DNA of 64,000 nt, from positions 1,178,001-1,242,000 of the forward strand of contig CP089276.1 in assembly GCA_023920165.1 (NCBI GenBank). Direction: 5' to 3'. This stretch comes from Curvularia clavata (taxonomy: Eukaryota). Below, in pieces: positions 47,502 to 59,856 of the stretch; the first letter of the stretch is position 1, and each line of letters starts with the position of its first letter. A model generated the notes under the pieces. It was not told the origin of the DNA. It saw only the letters and a program-made list of their open reading frames with translations, and made no database searches. A program made the translations under genes and the position numbers.

Positions 47502-48932
47502 TCAAGCTTTGTCAAACTTCAAGGAGTGACCTACATTCTCACTACCGTTATCCGTCATGACGCTCGAATCAGAATCGGAGTCATCATGAGATTCACAATC
47601 TGGAACTGGCTTGTCCTGTCGCTTTAGTGCCTGCTCCGGGTCTTTGAACGGAATGTAGTCGTCAGGGTATAATTTGATCCAATCACGGATAATGTTCCAC
47701 GCCTCAGTAAGGTGCCAGTCCGTGTTAGTGCCCTCTCTCAGGATCACGTACATTCGTCTAGCAAGCATCGCTTCTGGTGAGAAGGCGAAGAACTTGTACT
47801 TCTCGGACGCATTCTCCATGAACACCTGCTTGAGGATTGCGGCTTCCTCATTTGCAGGTGGAAGGTTTGCAGCCTCTTCTCGATCGTAGAAGGCACTAGG
47901 CATATCGCGACTGCAAACTGTCCAGAGCCAGAAGGGAGCTTTATAGGCCACGAATTCTGGAGCAATGGAAGCCGAGTCCCAGTCGATGACACCGGTGATT
48001 TCGACCTCGGTCTCGCTGCGTACTTCGACGAGTAGGTTGTACGCCTCGAGATCCTGGTGAGCCAACACACACGGTCCATCAAGGAAGTCGCGGACGTACA
48101 GATACTTGATGATCCTACCAAAGTGGTACCAAATGTCGTAGAAAGGGTGGCCATTCGCCTTCTGATACTCGCACCAACGCTGGCATATCTTGAGGAGATG
48201 CTCGCATGTGGTCGGAAGTGGTTCAGGGAAGGTATATGATGAGTCTCCCAAAACTTCATGCTCGAAGTGGAGGCTCTCAACATGGAGTTGGGATGGGTCG
48301 GATAGTGCCTTCAGCGAAATGTTGCCGCCAGGTCCCTCCACCCTGGCAATGGTTTCAGTGATCCGAGTCACTTGCCGGACGATAGACTTCATTTGCTCCA
48401 TATTCAGAGTCTTCGTGTTCAACAAACGGCACAAGTTTTGCCCTGGAAGCCGCGGCTGGATAAGATAAGGCTTCCCAATAGGATTCCTGGATGTAATATC
48501 ATAGGCGGTCACCTCAGGAATTGGAAGTTCTTTGAGAAGCGCACCAACGGTCTTCAGAATGGCGACATCGCGGTCGACGGTGAATCTGTAGGCTGTTCCA
48601 TCAAAACGAGGAACACGGACAACATAGGTCGCAGGTGTGGAGGTCTCTGGCGACTGGGACAGAAACCAAGAGCAAAACCATGCAAAGTCAAACATGCCAG
48701 GCTGTCGTGTGAAAGTTACAGTCGCGACCCGATTGTTGGAGCCGCCCCTCATATGGTGGACTTTGATCTTCGAAACGTGTAGCTGGAAATGTTTAGAAGC
48801 CACCGCGGCAACCTTAGGCTGAAATGATTCGAATGGTTCGTGGCCCTCAAAACAGGCATCCGACGATCGAGATTGTGACTCCGTAGAGTTTGGAATCATG
48901 ACAGAAGCTGACCTATGGCGAGATGACTCCAT
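47502..48932 (-). CDS. APH/phosphotransferase-family kinase-like protein (paralog 2)
   Basis: GGSNNRV, VVRVP, LPIPEV, HQDLEAYNLLV and GVIDWD; the ATG at 48932 is the likely start. Confidence 0.88.
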   Translation of the reverse strand: MESSRHRSASVMIPNSTESQSRSSDACFEGHEPFESFQPKVAAVASKHFQLHVSKIKVHHMRGGSNNRVATVTFTRQPGMFDFAWFCSWFLSQSPETSTPATYVVRVPRFDGTAYRFTVDRDVAILKTVGALLKELPIPEVTAYDITSRNPIGKPYLIQPRLPGQNLCRLLNTKTLNMEQMKSIVRQVTRITETIARVEGPGGNISLKALSDPSQLHVESLHFEHEVLGDSSYTFPEPLPTTCEHLLKICQRWCEYQKANGHPFYDIWYHFGRIIKYLYVRDFLDGPCVLAHQDLEAYNLLVEVRSETEVEITGVIDWDSASIAPEFVAYKAPFWLWTVCSRDMPSAFYDREEAANLPPANEEAAILKQVFMENASEKYKFFAFSPEAMLARRMYVILREGTNTDWHLTEAWNIIRDWIKLYPDDYIPFKDPEQALKRQDKPVPDCESHDDSDSDSSVMTDNGSENVGHSLKFDKA

Positions 48933-49334
48933 ATTGTGAGACGAGTGTATGTTGAGTGGACAGTGAAATGGACGTGGTTGAGAAACTTGCAAAGAGTATT
49001 TAGGACAAAAGAGACTATAGTGATATAGACTTAGAACTAGTAAGCACATTGTTTGTACATACTACCGGTTGTATTTGCTCAATTTCACCGAGGTTTGACA
49101 CAGTGTTTCAGAGACCTACATGGGCCTCAACACAGCATACTTGGTCTTCCTTACAATGCAGGAATATGGCGCACCTCCACTGTGCTTCTAATCTCCTGCT
49201 TATTGCCTGATACCCCAGGCATAGGATATAGCTTTCACAATGGTAGGGTAGATTTTCGTGCTCGACAAAAATGCTTCAACTCAACTCGTGGAACATAACC
49301 AAAGCTACTAACCCCCGACCGAAACCTTTTCAAA

Positions 49335-49928
<594 letters not shown>

Positions 49929-50507
49929 GAAACCAAGAAAGAAAAGGGGCGCGATAGTAAGACGCTGTCATGTGTGGGATCGTTAACATCCTCCACCCCT
50001 ATTCTCATCCGGCTGAAGACAACAGTTACCACATGGTCCTATTTGCGAGCGCTGATACAACAGGTGTGGAGGTTTGAAGACGAGTGATGGCGGATGTCAT
50101 GACTACGGTCGATGGCAAGAGGTATAACACCAATTGCTTAGGTGATGGAACTTGGAGACGGAATTTTGTAAAACCCTCGTGTATTGTATTTTGTACTACA
50201 AGTAGATAGAACACTCGAGACAGTGACTCAATTCCCCTTAGGCCGTTGCTGGTTGTGATACTTGATGTTACTGTATAGTGCCATCAGCCAATCAATGCTC
50301 TCGTACCACTAATCCCCTACGTCATTGACCTCGTTTCTCTACTAACGTTCCGCGTCTATCGTGACCACGCGTTCTCGCGAAGTGTGGCAAATACACATGT
50401 CGCGTCTTTTAGCAAATCTTAGGACGATTTGGAACGTGCTCCATTTCACGATTCCGCCACCCCTTGCTATCTGCTCGTTCTGACTATTCACGCTATTAAT
50501 TGCGATC

Positions 50508-51461
50508 ATGAAGCGCGGTGCAATCGACTCATTCTTCACGCGCCCATCGCCTAAGAAACCAAAGTACGAGGCCAGCGCGAACAAGTCTAGTCATCCTTCG
50601 TATCCCTTTGCGATTCCACATTTGCCATCGCAGTTTGCAGAGCAGTTGGGTTTCTCACCAGCTGAAGAGGGAAAGGTTATAAATGACCAGCTGGACCTGG
50701 ATCTCGTTTACTACCAGCCGTATATCGCCTCTTCAATCGCGTCCGGCGTTTTTGAATTTCTACGTCAGGAGCTTCCTTTTTACCGTGTCATATACAACAT
50801 TACACGCGGAGGTGTGAAAACACAGATCAACACACCAAGATACACGACCGTATTTGGCGTTGACGAGACATCTCGCTTTGATCCAGGTGGGAAGGTAGTG
50901 GATGCCAAGACAGGCAAGCCAGTGGAAAAGAGCAGATATAAATGCGTCCCTCGGCCCATTCCCCAATGTCTAGAAGAGCTCAGGAGGGTCACTGAGGGGA
51001 CAACGGGGGAGACGTTCAACTTTTGCCTCGTCAACTACTACGCCGACGGCAAGGATAGCATATCCTATCACTCAGACGACGAACGCTTCCTCGGTCTGAA
51101 TCCTGCCATCGCGTCTTTTAGTCTCGGAGCCAAACGCGACTTCCTTATGAAACACAAGCCTATACCGCCCAAAGAAGGCGAGAAGATTGAAGAGCCAAAG
51201 GGTCTGAAGCTGCCGCTGGGTTCGGGTGATATGGTTCTGATGCGAGGGAAGACGCAGGCGAATTGGCTACACAGCATCCCAAAACGTGCAGGACCCGAAG
51301 CAGGCAAGGGAAGAATCAATATCACTTTCAGAAAGGCTCTAGTCAAGGCCGGGACCGAGAACTACTACCAGTATAACGTTGGAACGGGCGCGGTGCACAG
51401 GTGGGATGCGAAGGCTGAAAAGATGGTGCCGTCGATTTCAGAAAACGAAGGCGATAAGTGA
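50508..51461 (+). CDS. AlkB-family 2OG-Fe(II) dioxygenase (ALKBH2/3-like alkylation repair)
   Basis: FNFCLVNYYADGKDSISYHSDDE, IASFSLGAKRDF, WLHSIPK and RINITFR. Confidence 0.93.
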   Translation: MKRGAIDSFFTRPSPKKPKYEASANKSSHPSYPFAIPHLPSQFAEQLGFSPAEEGKVINDQLDLDLVYYQPYIASSIASGVFEFLRQELPFYRVIYNITRGGVKTQINTPRYTTVFGVDETSRFDPGGKVVDAKTGKPVEKSRYKCVPRPIPQCLEELRRVTEGTTGETFNFCLVNYYADGKDSISYHSDDERFLGLNPAIASFSLGAKRDFLMKHKPIPPKEGEKIEEPKGLKLPLGSGDMVLMRGKTQANWLHSIPKRAGPEAGKGRINITFRKALVKAGTENYYQYNVGTGAVHRWDAKAEKMVPSISENEGDK

Positions 51462-52895
51462 TGCTTGAAATGACTATTGATATGATTAGGGCGGAGATGC
51501 TTTGGCTGGACTATTCCATGTGATCCACATCCGTACCTGTATCTCATAATGCTCGTTATTTCCCTGTGATTGTGTATTTTAGCAATGCCCGTCTTGACGT
51601 CGTCGCCATGTATGGATAGATACTCGCATACTGGGTTTGCTCGGCCTCAATCAAGTAGAAATGTGTTCGAGATTGATGTGTGGTCCACCAGTGTCAGGGC
51701 ATCTGTCATAGGCCGGCACAGCGATGTAACTGATGACCAAGACAGCCTTAGCGGCTGGTAGGCAAGCAATGGCTCGAGCGTGGGCTAAATTGACCCCGCC
51801 TTGGGGCCGCTGCAGTGCAGCCCGCCCAGATTGTCGCACAAAGAAACTAGAAGACAGTCTCAATGTGCAGCCAGACATGGCAGGGAACTGTGTTTTGAGT
51901 GAGTCAGAGACGGCGCATAATCATATCACGTCATGTGCGTGGATGCCTGAGGATGAGGTGGCGACGATGCGCGTCGTGCAGCTGCTCTTGGCAGTGGTAG
52001 AATGAGGGTGGTCGGAGTTAAAGGCCGCCTAATTCTCCAATGCATGTACCGGTTTCTGGCTTTCAACAACTGCACTCACCACTCGTAACCCAGTGAAACC
52101 TACCTTGTTCGGATCGCCAACGCAAGCGCATTGCCGCCATCGCATCGTGGATTGCCCTCGACAGGTGTAGCGCGCTATCGTGAGGTGGGTTTGATCCAAG
52201 ACAGCTCCAGCAGGGCGTAGGAAGAGGTAGCTCGAGAAGGTACGAAACGGCACAATGCTTCGTCACTGTACAGCTGCTGAGAAAGGGACAGGTAGTGTTA
52301 GCAACGTCTCAATACGCTGGTGGCCTGCGATACCTCGATCACCACTTCCCACGGGCAGCTTGTGCGAGCTTCGTCCATCCCTTCTCCAAGCAGGAGTGCT
52401 GCGCCGTGCAGCCCAATACTAGACGTGAACGTTTCGGATCCGGATATTCATGATCTCTGAACACACCTACCGGAACCAGAGGAGGTGGAACTAGATGCGA
52501 AAGGCGCGAAGTGTGCTGTGATTCACACAGGACCCTGCTGGAAAGAGGCGCAAGCAGTCGCAGAGAAACCGTTCCTAGGGCATCACGGTCATTTCAATCC
52601 CAGCTTGCATAAGCAATACATCACTTGGCGCCTGGAGTTAGGCTCAGCTCCGAAAGATTTAAGACCTGACCAGGCCGCCATCGCATAATTCTCCACCTGC
52701 TCACTCGTGGACACCCTCTCTTCTGCAGAGCGCCCACTAGCGACGAGCCAATCTGCACGAGACGATCCAGAACCTTAGCCTTGCAGCTCAGGCGACCATC
52801 GGGCGCGTGAGATTTCATCATATCTCTCTTCCGGCGATAAGCCCTTAACCCCGCTTCCCCCATTCTCCATACCACACGTTCGAGAGCAGCCCAGT

Positions 52896-55687
52896 ATGCC
52901 GCCAACACCGCCCTCGACCAACTCCTCGAGTGCAGGTCACTCACCGCCGGATCCCCAGTTCCGAGTCGTACGCAAGAGAAATCGCGTTCCGCTATCATGC
53001 GGAGCTTGCAGACATCGGAAGTAGGCATGCCTCTGCAAAGCCATCCAACGAACCCCACGCTGACGCTTGCAGGCTGAAATGCAATCGCGGTCACCCCTGT
53101 GACAACTGTACCAAGCGCGGAGACACGGCATCATGTACGTATGCGACTCCGAGCAACCGCAAGAAGAGCTCCTCGAGCACCGGCTCTGCGTCGACCCCCG
53201 ATGACATGCAAAACCGCATTGACCGCCTCGAAGGACTTGTTCTCTCTTTGATGACAAATGGCGCACAAAGTGCTGGCCCGGCTGCTGCACATGCTGCCAT
53301 TGCTGATAGCCTGAACAACGGACCTACAGATCCGTCATTCAATATGAGCCAGTATAGCGCAGCAATGAGCACTGGCGCATCCGATTCGATCCCCGAAGAA
53401 GACGCAGAGGAGGAAAGCGAAATGGAGAACGTCACAAAATCAATTGGGGTTATGAAAGTACACAACAACCATACCATCTTCGCATCTGAGGCGCATTGGT
53501 ATGCCATTCTGGGAGAGTTGTCTGAAGTTAAAAACTACTTTGCAGAACACAAAAAGCAGTACGACGATCAGCTTAAACGGTACAGAGCCACGCATGTCGA
53601 AGATCGCCCACCGGGTACGTCTTTCCTCATGGGCGGACAGAAGCCTAGCTCCAAAGCCGACGTCTTATCCCGCTTTCCTCCAAAACCCACAGCCGACCTC
53701 CTTGTGTCGCGATTCTTCAACACATACGATCCCGGTATCCACATTATTCACGGTCCGACCTTCCAAAAGGAATACGATCGTCATTGGCTACAACCGGAAG
53801 AAACACCAGTCATCTGGCTTGGTCTGGTCTACGCCATGATGTGCATTGCCCTGCAATCCTACACTCGTGCTGGCGACGAGCCCCCAGAGTATCATAACAA
53901 GTCTTGGGAGATGTCACGCGAGTATGGAGACCTCACTGCACAATGCCTGATGCTGGCAGATATAACACAGCCCATCACAGGCATGATGGAGACAATGATT
54001 TTACATGTGCACGCTGAATACGCCCGGAGTCGAGACGCCGAGGTTGGTGTTCTGATCAGCACTGGCATAATCGCACGATTAGCTATGCGCATGGGACTCC
54101 ATCGAGATCCTGCGCCTTATCCCGGCATCTCAGTTTTCCAAGGGGAAATGCGGAGACGTGTTTGGGCAGCTGTGCGTTCAATCGACCTGTTGTTCTCTGC
54201 TCAGGCAGGACTTCCACCCATTATTCGACCACGAGACACCAACACTGAGATTCCGCGAAACATTTACGATGACGAGCTGCATGAGGACATGAAGATTCTC
54301 CCACCCTCAAGACCCGAGACGGAAGCAACTCCTACGCTCTTCTTGATCAATCGAACTCGCCTAATCTACAAGTTAGGAGAAGCTGTCGAATTGACGGACA
54401 CATTGACTTGTTCCTCGTATGATGAGGTGATGAAGTTGGACATGGAGGCTCGCGAATTACACGACAACATCTCGCCCCACCTCAAGATGCGTGGAATGGA
54501 TGAGTCGGCACGAGATCCATCAACTTTGATCATGCAGCGCTTCTCATTAGATCTGCTTTTCCTCAAGATCATTTGCACATTACATCGGAAGTACCTGGCA
54601 TATGCAAGAGTGCAGTCCCGCTTTGCTTATTCGAGGAAAGCAGTCATCGAGGCATCTTTGATGCTTCTCAAGCACCAAGCAACTCTACATCGAGAATGTC
54701 AGGCCGGTGGTCGATTAAGAAATGTCAAGTGGTTCATCTCGTCGCTCACCACCGTCGACTTTCTTCTCGCTGCAATGATTGTGTCGTCAGACCTCTATCA
54801 CACCACCATGGAATCTTCAGCTCGCTCTCCACCAACAGATGCACCGACTTGGAGTTCGGACCGGATTGATGAAATGCTGGAAGCAATTGAGATCGCAGTA
54901 GGCATTTGGGATGGCCTCAAAGACCATTCTATGGAGGCTTACAAAGCGCACACGACGCTGAATGTGATGCTGGAACAATTAAAGAAGCACCGGGCGACAA
55001 AACAGGCGCCCAATGGCTTCCAGGCAGCGTCATCGACATACCCACTGACGCAGATGGGCGATAACGTTGCACCAGAGCATTCAGCAGCCATGACTTTGGG
55101 TCTGCTAAGCACAGGTGGAATGACGCCTAATGCGAATATGTTTGATCAACGATACCCAGCAAGCATGGCCAATCTCTTGAACGACCCAGTGTCTCAGCCA
55201 TCAACGGGCTTGACACCACAGTACAACCAGCCCAATGGTCCTGCCGGTGCGGAGGCCGCGCCAAGTCCGTTCTCCAACCTGTTTGGTGCAAACCTCTTCC
55301 AGAACCTGGACCTACCACCAACTGACAATATCAACTGGGTATGCTGAGCCAATGAATGAAGAAACAAGCAAACACTAATGCAAGATAGGATGCATGGGAT
55401 TCATATATCCAAGGACCCGGCATAGAGTCGTCGAACAACTTCTTTCCTATGGACCTTGGTAACATACCAATGCAGACCGAGCAGAACGGAGCACCCGAGG
55501 CCGGACAACAACCTGGCACGGCAGGCCCAACCAACATGTTCGGACAGGATGTATACATGGGTGTAAGTATCTTCGAGAAATGTAATGGCGGTTTAATCAA
55601 TAACTAACCAGCGATCAGGCTGACACAAAAGCTACTACGGGCGATGGATACGCTAGTGGTTTCAGGATGCCGAGGCAGTCCAATTAG
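52896..55687 (+). CDS. Zn(II)2Cys6 transcription factor with a fungal-specific middle domain, multi-exon
   Basis: RKRNRVPLSCGACRHRK|LKCNRGHPCDNCTKRGDTASCTY spans an intron; ARLAMRMGLHRDP...EMRRRVW. The 3' exons after 55338 are less certain. Confidence 0.92.
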
Positions 55688-56378
55688 GCGTATACGAAAA
55701 GCTGACAAAACTCCTCATGACTTTACTGTATAATGGATGCGCCATGTTGTGCTTAGCTAGTCTAGTTTTCTTAGCCCCGGGTGGCCAAATCATAGCTGTA
55801 TTGAGATATGTCCAGCTGAACTGGACAAGGCGCAGCAAGTCAAAAAACGCCTGTGCCCCGCTACTGCAGCATTAATGAAAGCTCAGCTCAGCCTTTGTAC
55901 GTGGTCTGACAAGGCTGTTCCTGCGGGAATAAAACCAAAACCTCGCATCATTGCCATTTTCCTGATTCGCAATGTTTGCGCGACGTCCATTCCGCACATC
56001 GTAACCATACGACTGGGTACTATTTAAAAATAGGCGCGAGTTAGAGTACCTAGTCATCATTAGAGGCCCAGCTCAGGCAGACTCCACCATAATCCCATCA
56101 GCGCCCCCTCTTCCCCTCCCTCTCTTTGTATCTCACGCCCCCGCACCGCACCCACAGAGCAACAGCTAGAGCTGTACGATAGATCCGCACGTCATCGCCT
56201 GCATCAACCTATTTCGTCCCACTTGGGCATACAGTGTGGACAGGCTTGGTATCTTGCGCTGCTGCCTACATACAGCCTCACTTCGTTCCCCATCAAAAAA
56301 ACATCGTGAAGTCCGAGCAACTCCCCTTTCTCCCCGTAATACCTACCCATCCGCTCCATCGCACATCAGAAACCCACC

Positions 56379-56714
56379 ATGTCTCAACCACCCATCATCC
56401 CTAGCGATGCACCAGCCATAAACGACACACCCGTTGAGCTGGACGGCAGCGCGACCATCTCGCCAGACGACATCAAGAAGCGGAATACGCGGGATTCGCT
56501 GGATGAAGACGGGAACAAGGTACGCTTTGATTTTTTGTAGCTTTCAAGTAGCTTCAAGTGATGTGAATGGATGTGGGCTAGGTAGGCTGACGGGAGCACG
56601 TAGAAACGAGACGAGATGCTGGCGGAGAGAAAGAAAAATCCGGGTGTTATTGTTGACGTGCCGGGGGGTTTAACGGCGGAGGAGGTGCAGGCGGTGGTTG
56701 GGGAGAGGGTCTAG
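56379..56714 (+). CDS. Small hypothetical protein, 83 aa; exons 56379-56519 and 56604-56714
   Basis: caccATG start and a phase-0 intron (gtacgc...gctgac...tag) give MSQPPIIPSD...PVELDG...KKNPGVIVDVPGGLTAEEV. Not in the ORF track. Confidence 0.65.
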
Positions 56715-56970
56715 AGGGGTTCAATGAAGGAGGTATGAGGTTCGTTTGAAGACCTGTCCTCTTCCCTTGTTTTGTTTTCGACGTTGCGATATGCTTAGAT
56801 TTGAAGTAATTTTGACGGGGGAGGTGAAGTGGTTTGACTTTTCCCTGTTCCCATTTATCCCCCCTTGTTTTCTTTCCAACGATAAGATGGTAAATAATTT
56901 ACAAAGAAGCGCTTATACGTCGGCATAGCCATAGGAACCTCCTCTTCTTCTCTTCGTTCACTAGTTTCTT

Positions 56971-57464
56971 TTACTTGCAGTTCTGTCCACCGTAGATGAA
57001 CTTGCCATCAGAGTTCTCACATCCGCAGGTTCCGTCTTGGGGACTTTTGATACATCCCATGCCTTCGCCCTCGCCCTCACCTTCCACACCCGCCTTGGGC
57101 CAGAAGAACGTCCACGTATCCTTGTTGCTCGTCATCTGAGTACCGGGTGCGCAGTTGTATGCTTCGCATGTACCGTAGGGGTAGCCATGGTTTCCATCGT
57201 ACTTGTGATCTTGTGTGAAGACGGCAAAGGTTTGCCCAGCTGTGCGTGTGTTGTGGCTGCACTCTGCAGCTTGGATTGCTTTGCTTATCTTAACGGCTGG
57301 ATTTGGTGAGTAAGGCTAGCGAAGGGGTATGGGATAGGTAACGTACGCTTGCAGGCGGGAGAAGCTGGGTATGTTCCGTTGGAGTGCGAGGTAGCTGGGT
57401 CTAGGGTGGCAGCGATGGTTGTCGCGAGGGCGAAAAGGGTGAAAGTTGTTGCGTGAGCGAACAT
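56971..57464 (-). CDS. Small secreted protein with 8 cysteines, 147 aa; exons 57464-57347 and 57296-56971
   Basis: Signal peptide MFAHATTFTLFALATTIAA; a 50-nt intron gives ...AAECSHNTRT...YPYGTCEAYNC...WTFFW...GCIKSPQDGTCGCENSDGKF...NCK*. Not in the ORF track. Confidence 0.85.
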
Positions 57465-58176
57465 TTTGGTGGATTTGGTTTTATTTATTTCTTATTTCTT
57501 GAGGTACGAATGATGAAGGGTTGTTGCGATACTTGGGAGGTACAAGTAGTTTGCCTTGTACCTATATCTCATCTTTATATTACCGCCTCCAGGCCACCCC
57601 TACCTCTCCCCAGGTACACATCATGAAAAGGACTGTTTGAGGTCCACTTCAGACGCGCAAGCCAGGTGTGCACGTCTCTGGAATGGGTTGTTTGGAAACG
57701 ATGAAACGACGCTAAACAGGGTGGACCTTGTGGAGTAGCGCATCAATCAATTTCATCTAGATTTATACGAACTGCTACGTCAGCATGGTCGTTGAAATTG
57801 GAAAGGGATCTGTTGACCAAGCTTTTACAGAGACAGATCGTATGAGCTTGTAGTTTCGACTGAGCGCACGACGGGCCGAGCCCTGGTAGTTCAAGAATCG
57901 GAATAACGTACTATGTGCGGAGCAAAAGCGATTGACGTGACTTCAGCCATATCTGCTGGAAGATGTTGATAACGATTTGCTCAAACAAGATGAAGTTTAG
58001 CTGTCATCTAGATCACTTCGCTTGGGAACATGCGCGCTGTGCCTTCTACCAGGACCATTCGCGTAATCACGTGCCAGCTCAGCTGGGAACAAGCAAACCC
58101 ACATCCCCACCAGCATCACCAGTCAAGCATACAAGTGAGCACAACCAAAATTTCTAACGCATCATCAACGGAAAAG

Positions 58177-59226
58177 ATGAATCAAATATTCGGCCCTCTC
58201 CCTGCCGAGCTTCTTCTCAATGTCTTCGATCAGCTCATCCAAACACATGGCGGCCATCGCCCGGTACCATACCCGCACTCTGACATCGTAACAAAAACAT
58301 TGCGCTCGCTCACACTAGTTTCGCGTGGCATATACCCGATAGCTACCAAGTATCTTTACTCGACCCATATATGGCTTAGTTCTACCAGGACCTTCTCTCG
58401 GTTTTGCACGACGTTGCAACTAAACCGCCAGCGTCAAGTACTCACGGATGATGTCACCGTACAACAGAAGAGAGGGTTCGCGCAGTTTGATCTCTCGCAA
58501 TACGTTGCATCGGTGTATATATCCCCACTAGAAACTGAGGAGATCGCTTGGGATCCTTGGGATTTGGGTCGCAGGTTGCCAGCAATTGTCGACTTGTGCC
58601 GCAACCTGAGCAGCACGCTGAAAAGATTACATCTCAACCTGTCCCCAATAGTCGATTTTTTCACCTACACGAGAAGAAATGAGCTGGAAGAAATTGAGCG
58701 CAACATGTTTCCACTTATGCTGTGTTTAGAGGAGCTGATGATCAGCTCAGAGGTTATTTACTCATTTCGGCTCCCGCCACCGAATCTGAGACGGCTTGCA
58801 GTTGCTAATGATGACTTTGGTGAGTTGGAATCAGCGTTTTGCCTGTCTCTACAGTCACTGGAGACATTGGTACTCTTTCGCCCGTTGGGGTTCTCAGCGA
58901 ACATGATCGAATCCCTTTTTGATTCTTATCGTGGAAAAAGTCTCGACATTATTCTCTTCGAAAACAACTTCAACCACGGAACACCACAAGGCACCCGCGA
59001 TTGGACACCCAAAGACACGGTACGGATATGGGAAGCCGATGTACCACTCAGCTTCTATGGCGATGACGACCCGTCGGCACTGTGTCACCAGTGGATGTGG
59101 GATCAAGGTACTGCAGGGACGCTATGGAGCCAGACTCAGCGGCGAATGATGTCGTGGTCAGAGATTCAAAAGAGGCTGGCAGGTCCTGTACACAGTATCA
59201 TGGATACCCCCCCGTCGCAGTCTTGA
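58177..59226 (+). CDS. F-box-like/LRR-like domain protein
   Basis: LPAELLLNVFDQL...TLRSLTLVSR F-box-like start and LxxLxL-type segments. The true start may lie on an upstream exon. Confidence 0.7.
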   Translation: MNQIFGPLPAELLLNVFDQLIQTHGGHRPVPYPHSDIVTKTLRSLTLVSRGIYPIATKYLYSTHIWLSSTRTFSRFCTTLQLNRQRQVLTDDVTVQQKRGFAQFDLSQYVASVYISPLETEEIAWDPWDLGRRLPAIVDLCRNLSSTLKRLHLNLSPIVDFFTYTRRNELEEIERNMFPLMLCLEELMISSEVIYSFRLPPPNLRRLAVANDDFGELESAFCLSLQSLETLVLFRPLGFSANMIESLFDSYRGKSLDIILFENNFNHGTPQGTRDWTPKDTVRIWEADVPLSFYGDDDPSALCHQWMWDQGTAGTLWSQTQRRMMSWSEIQKRLAGPVHSIMDTPPSQS

Positions 59227-59856
59227 ACATTGAAATGGAAATCCTTATGGCTCCAGCTCTCAGTGGAGCCGAGAGCTATATATCTACAGAGTTGGACACT
59301 TCAAAACCAAATTGCAGAACAAAAACAGCTCTTTGTTCTTATACTAGGTCTTCTATTTGTATGCCGCTTGCTATTACCTTTGCCTCATGACTAGTCATGA
59401 ATCGCCACTGCAAAATGTTTGTCTCAAACTACATCGTTGTTTGCTTGGTGTTGATTCACCGAGTTTCACTTGCTATCTAACATATTGTATCATGTATATA
59501 TACAATTCCCCGTCTTACCATCAAGCAAGCCTCTCATCCATGGTGACTGCCCCGTTCGAATTGAGGTTTTGAAGCAATCTACCTAGATAGAGGATTGCTT
59601 GATTTCTTGCGTTTTTTGGCGGTGGAATTGCAGTTTCAAAACAATTAGCGGATGGCGCTCGCTGCTTCTATTGACAATATCCCTGACATACAGCCCATTC
59701 ACGTGTGTGATAGCTCTGCAACCAAGAAGTTCTCAAGAACAATTTTCTACTAAGTATCGGCAAAGCGATTCTGAAAGGCGTGGCAGTAACTCCCACTTAT
59801 GAGAGTAACACAATCTTGAAAGTATCAATAAATTTGTTTACTATAATTTGCTATTG

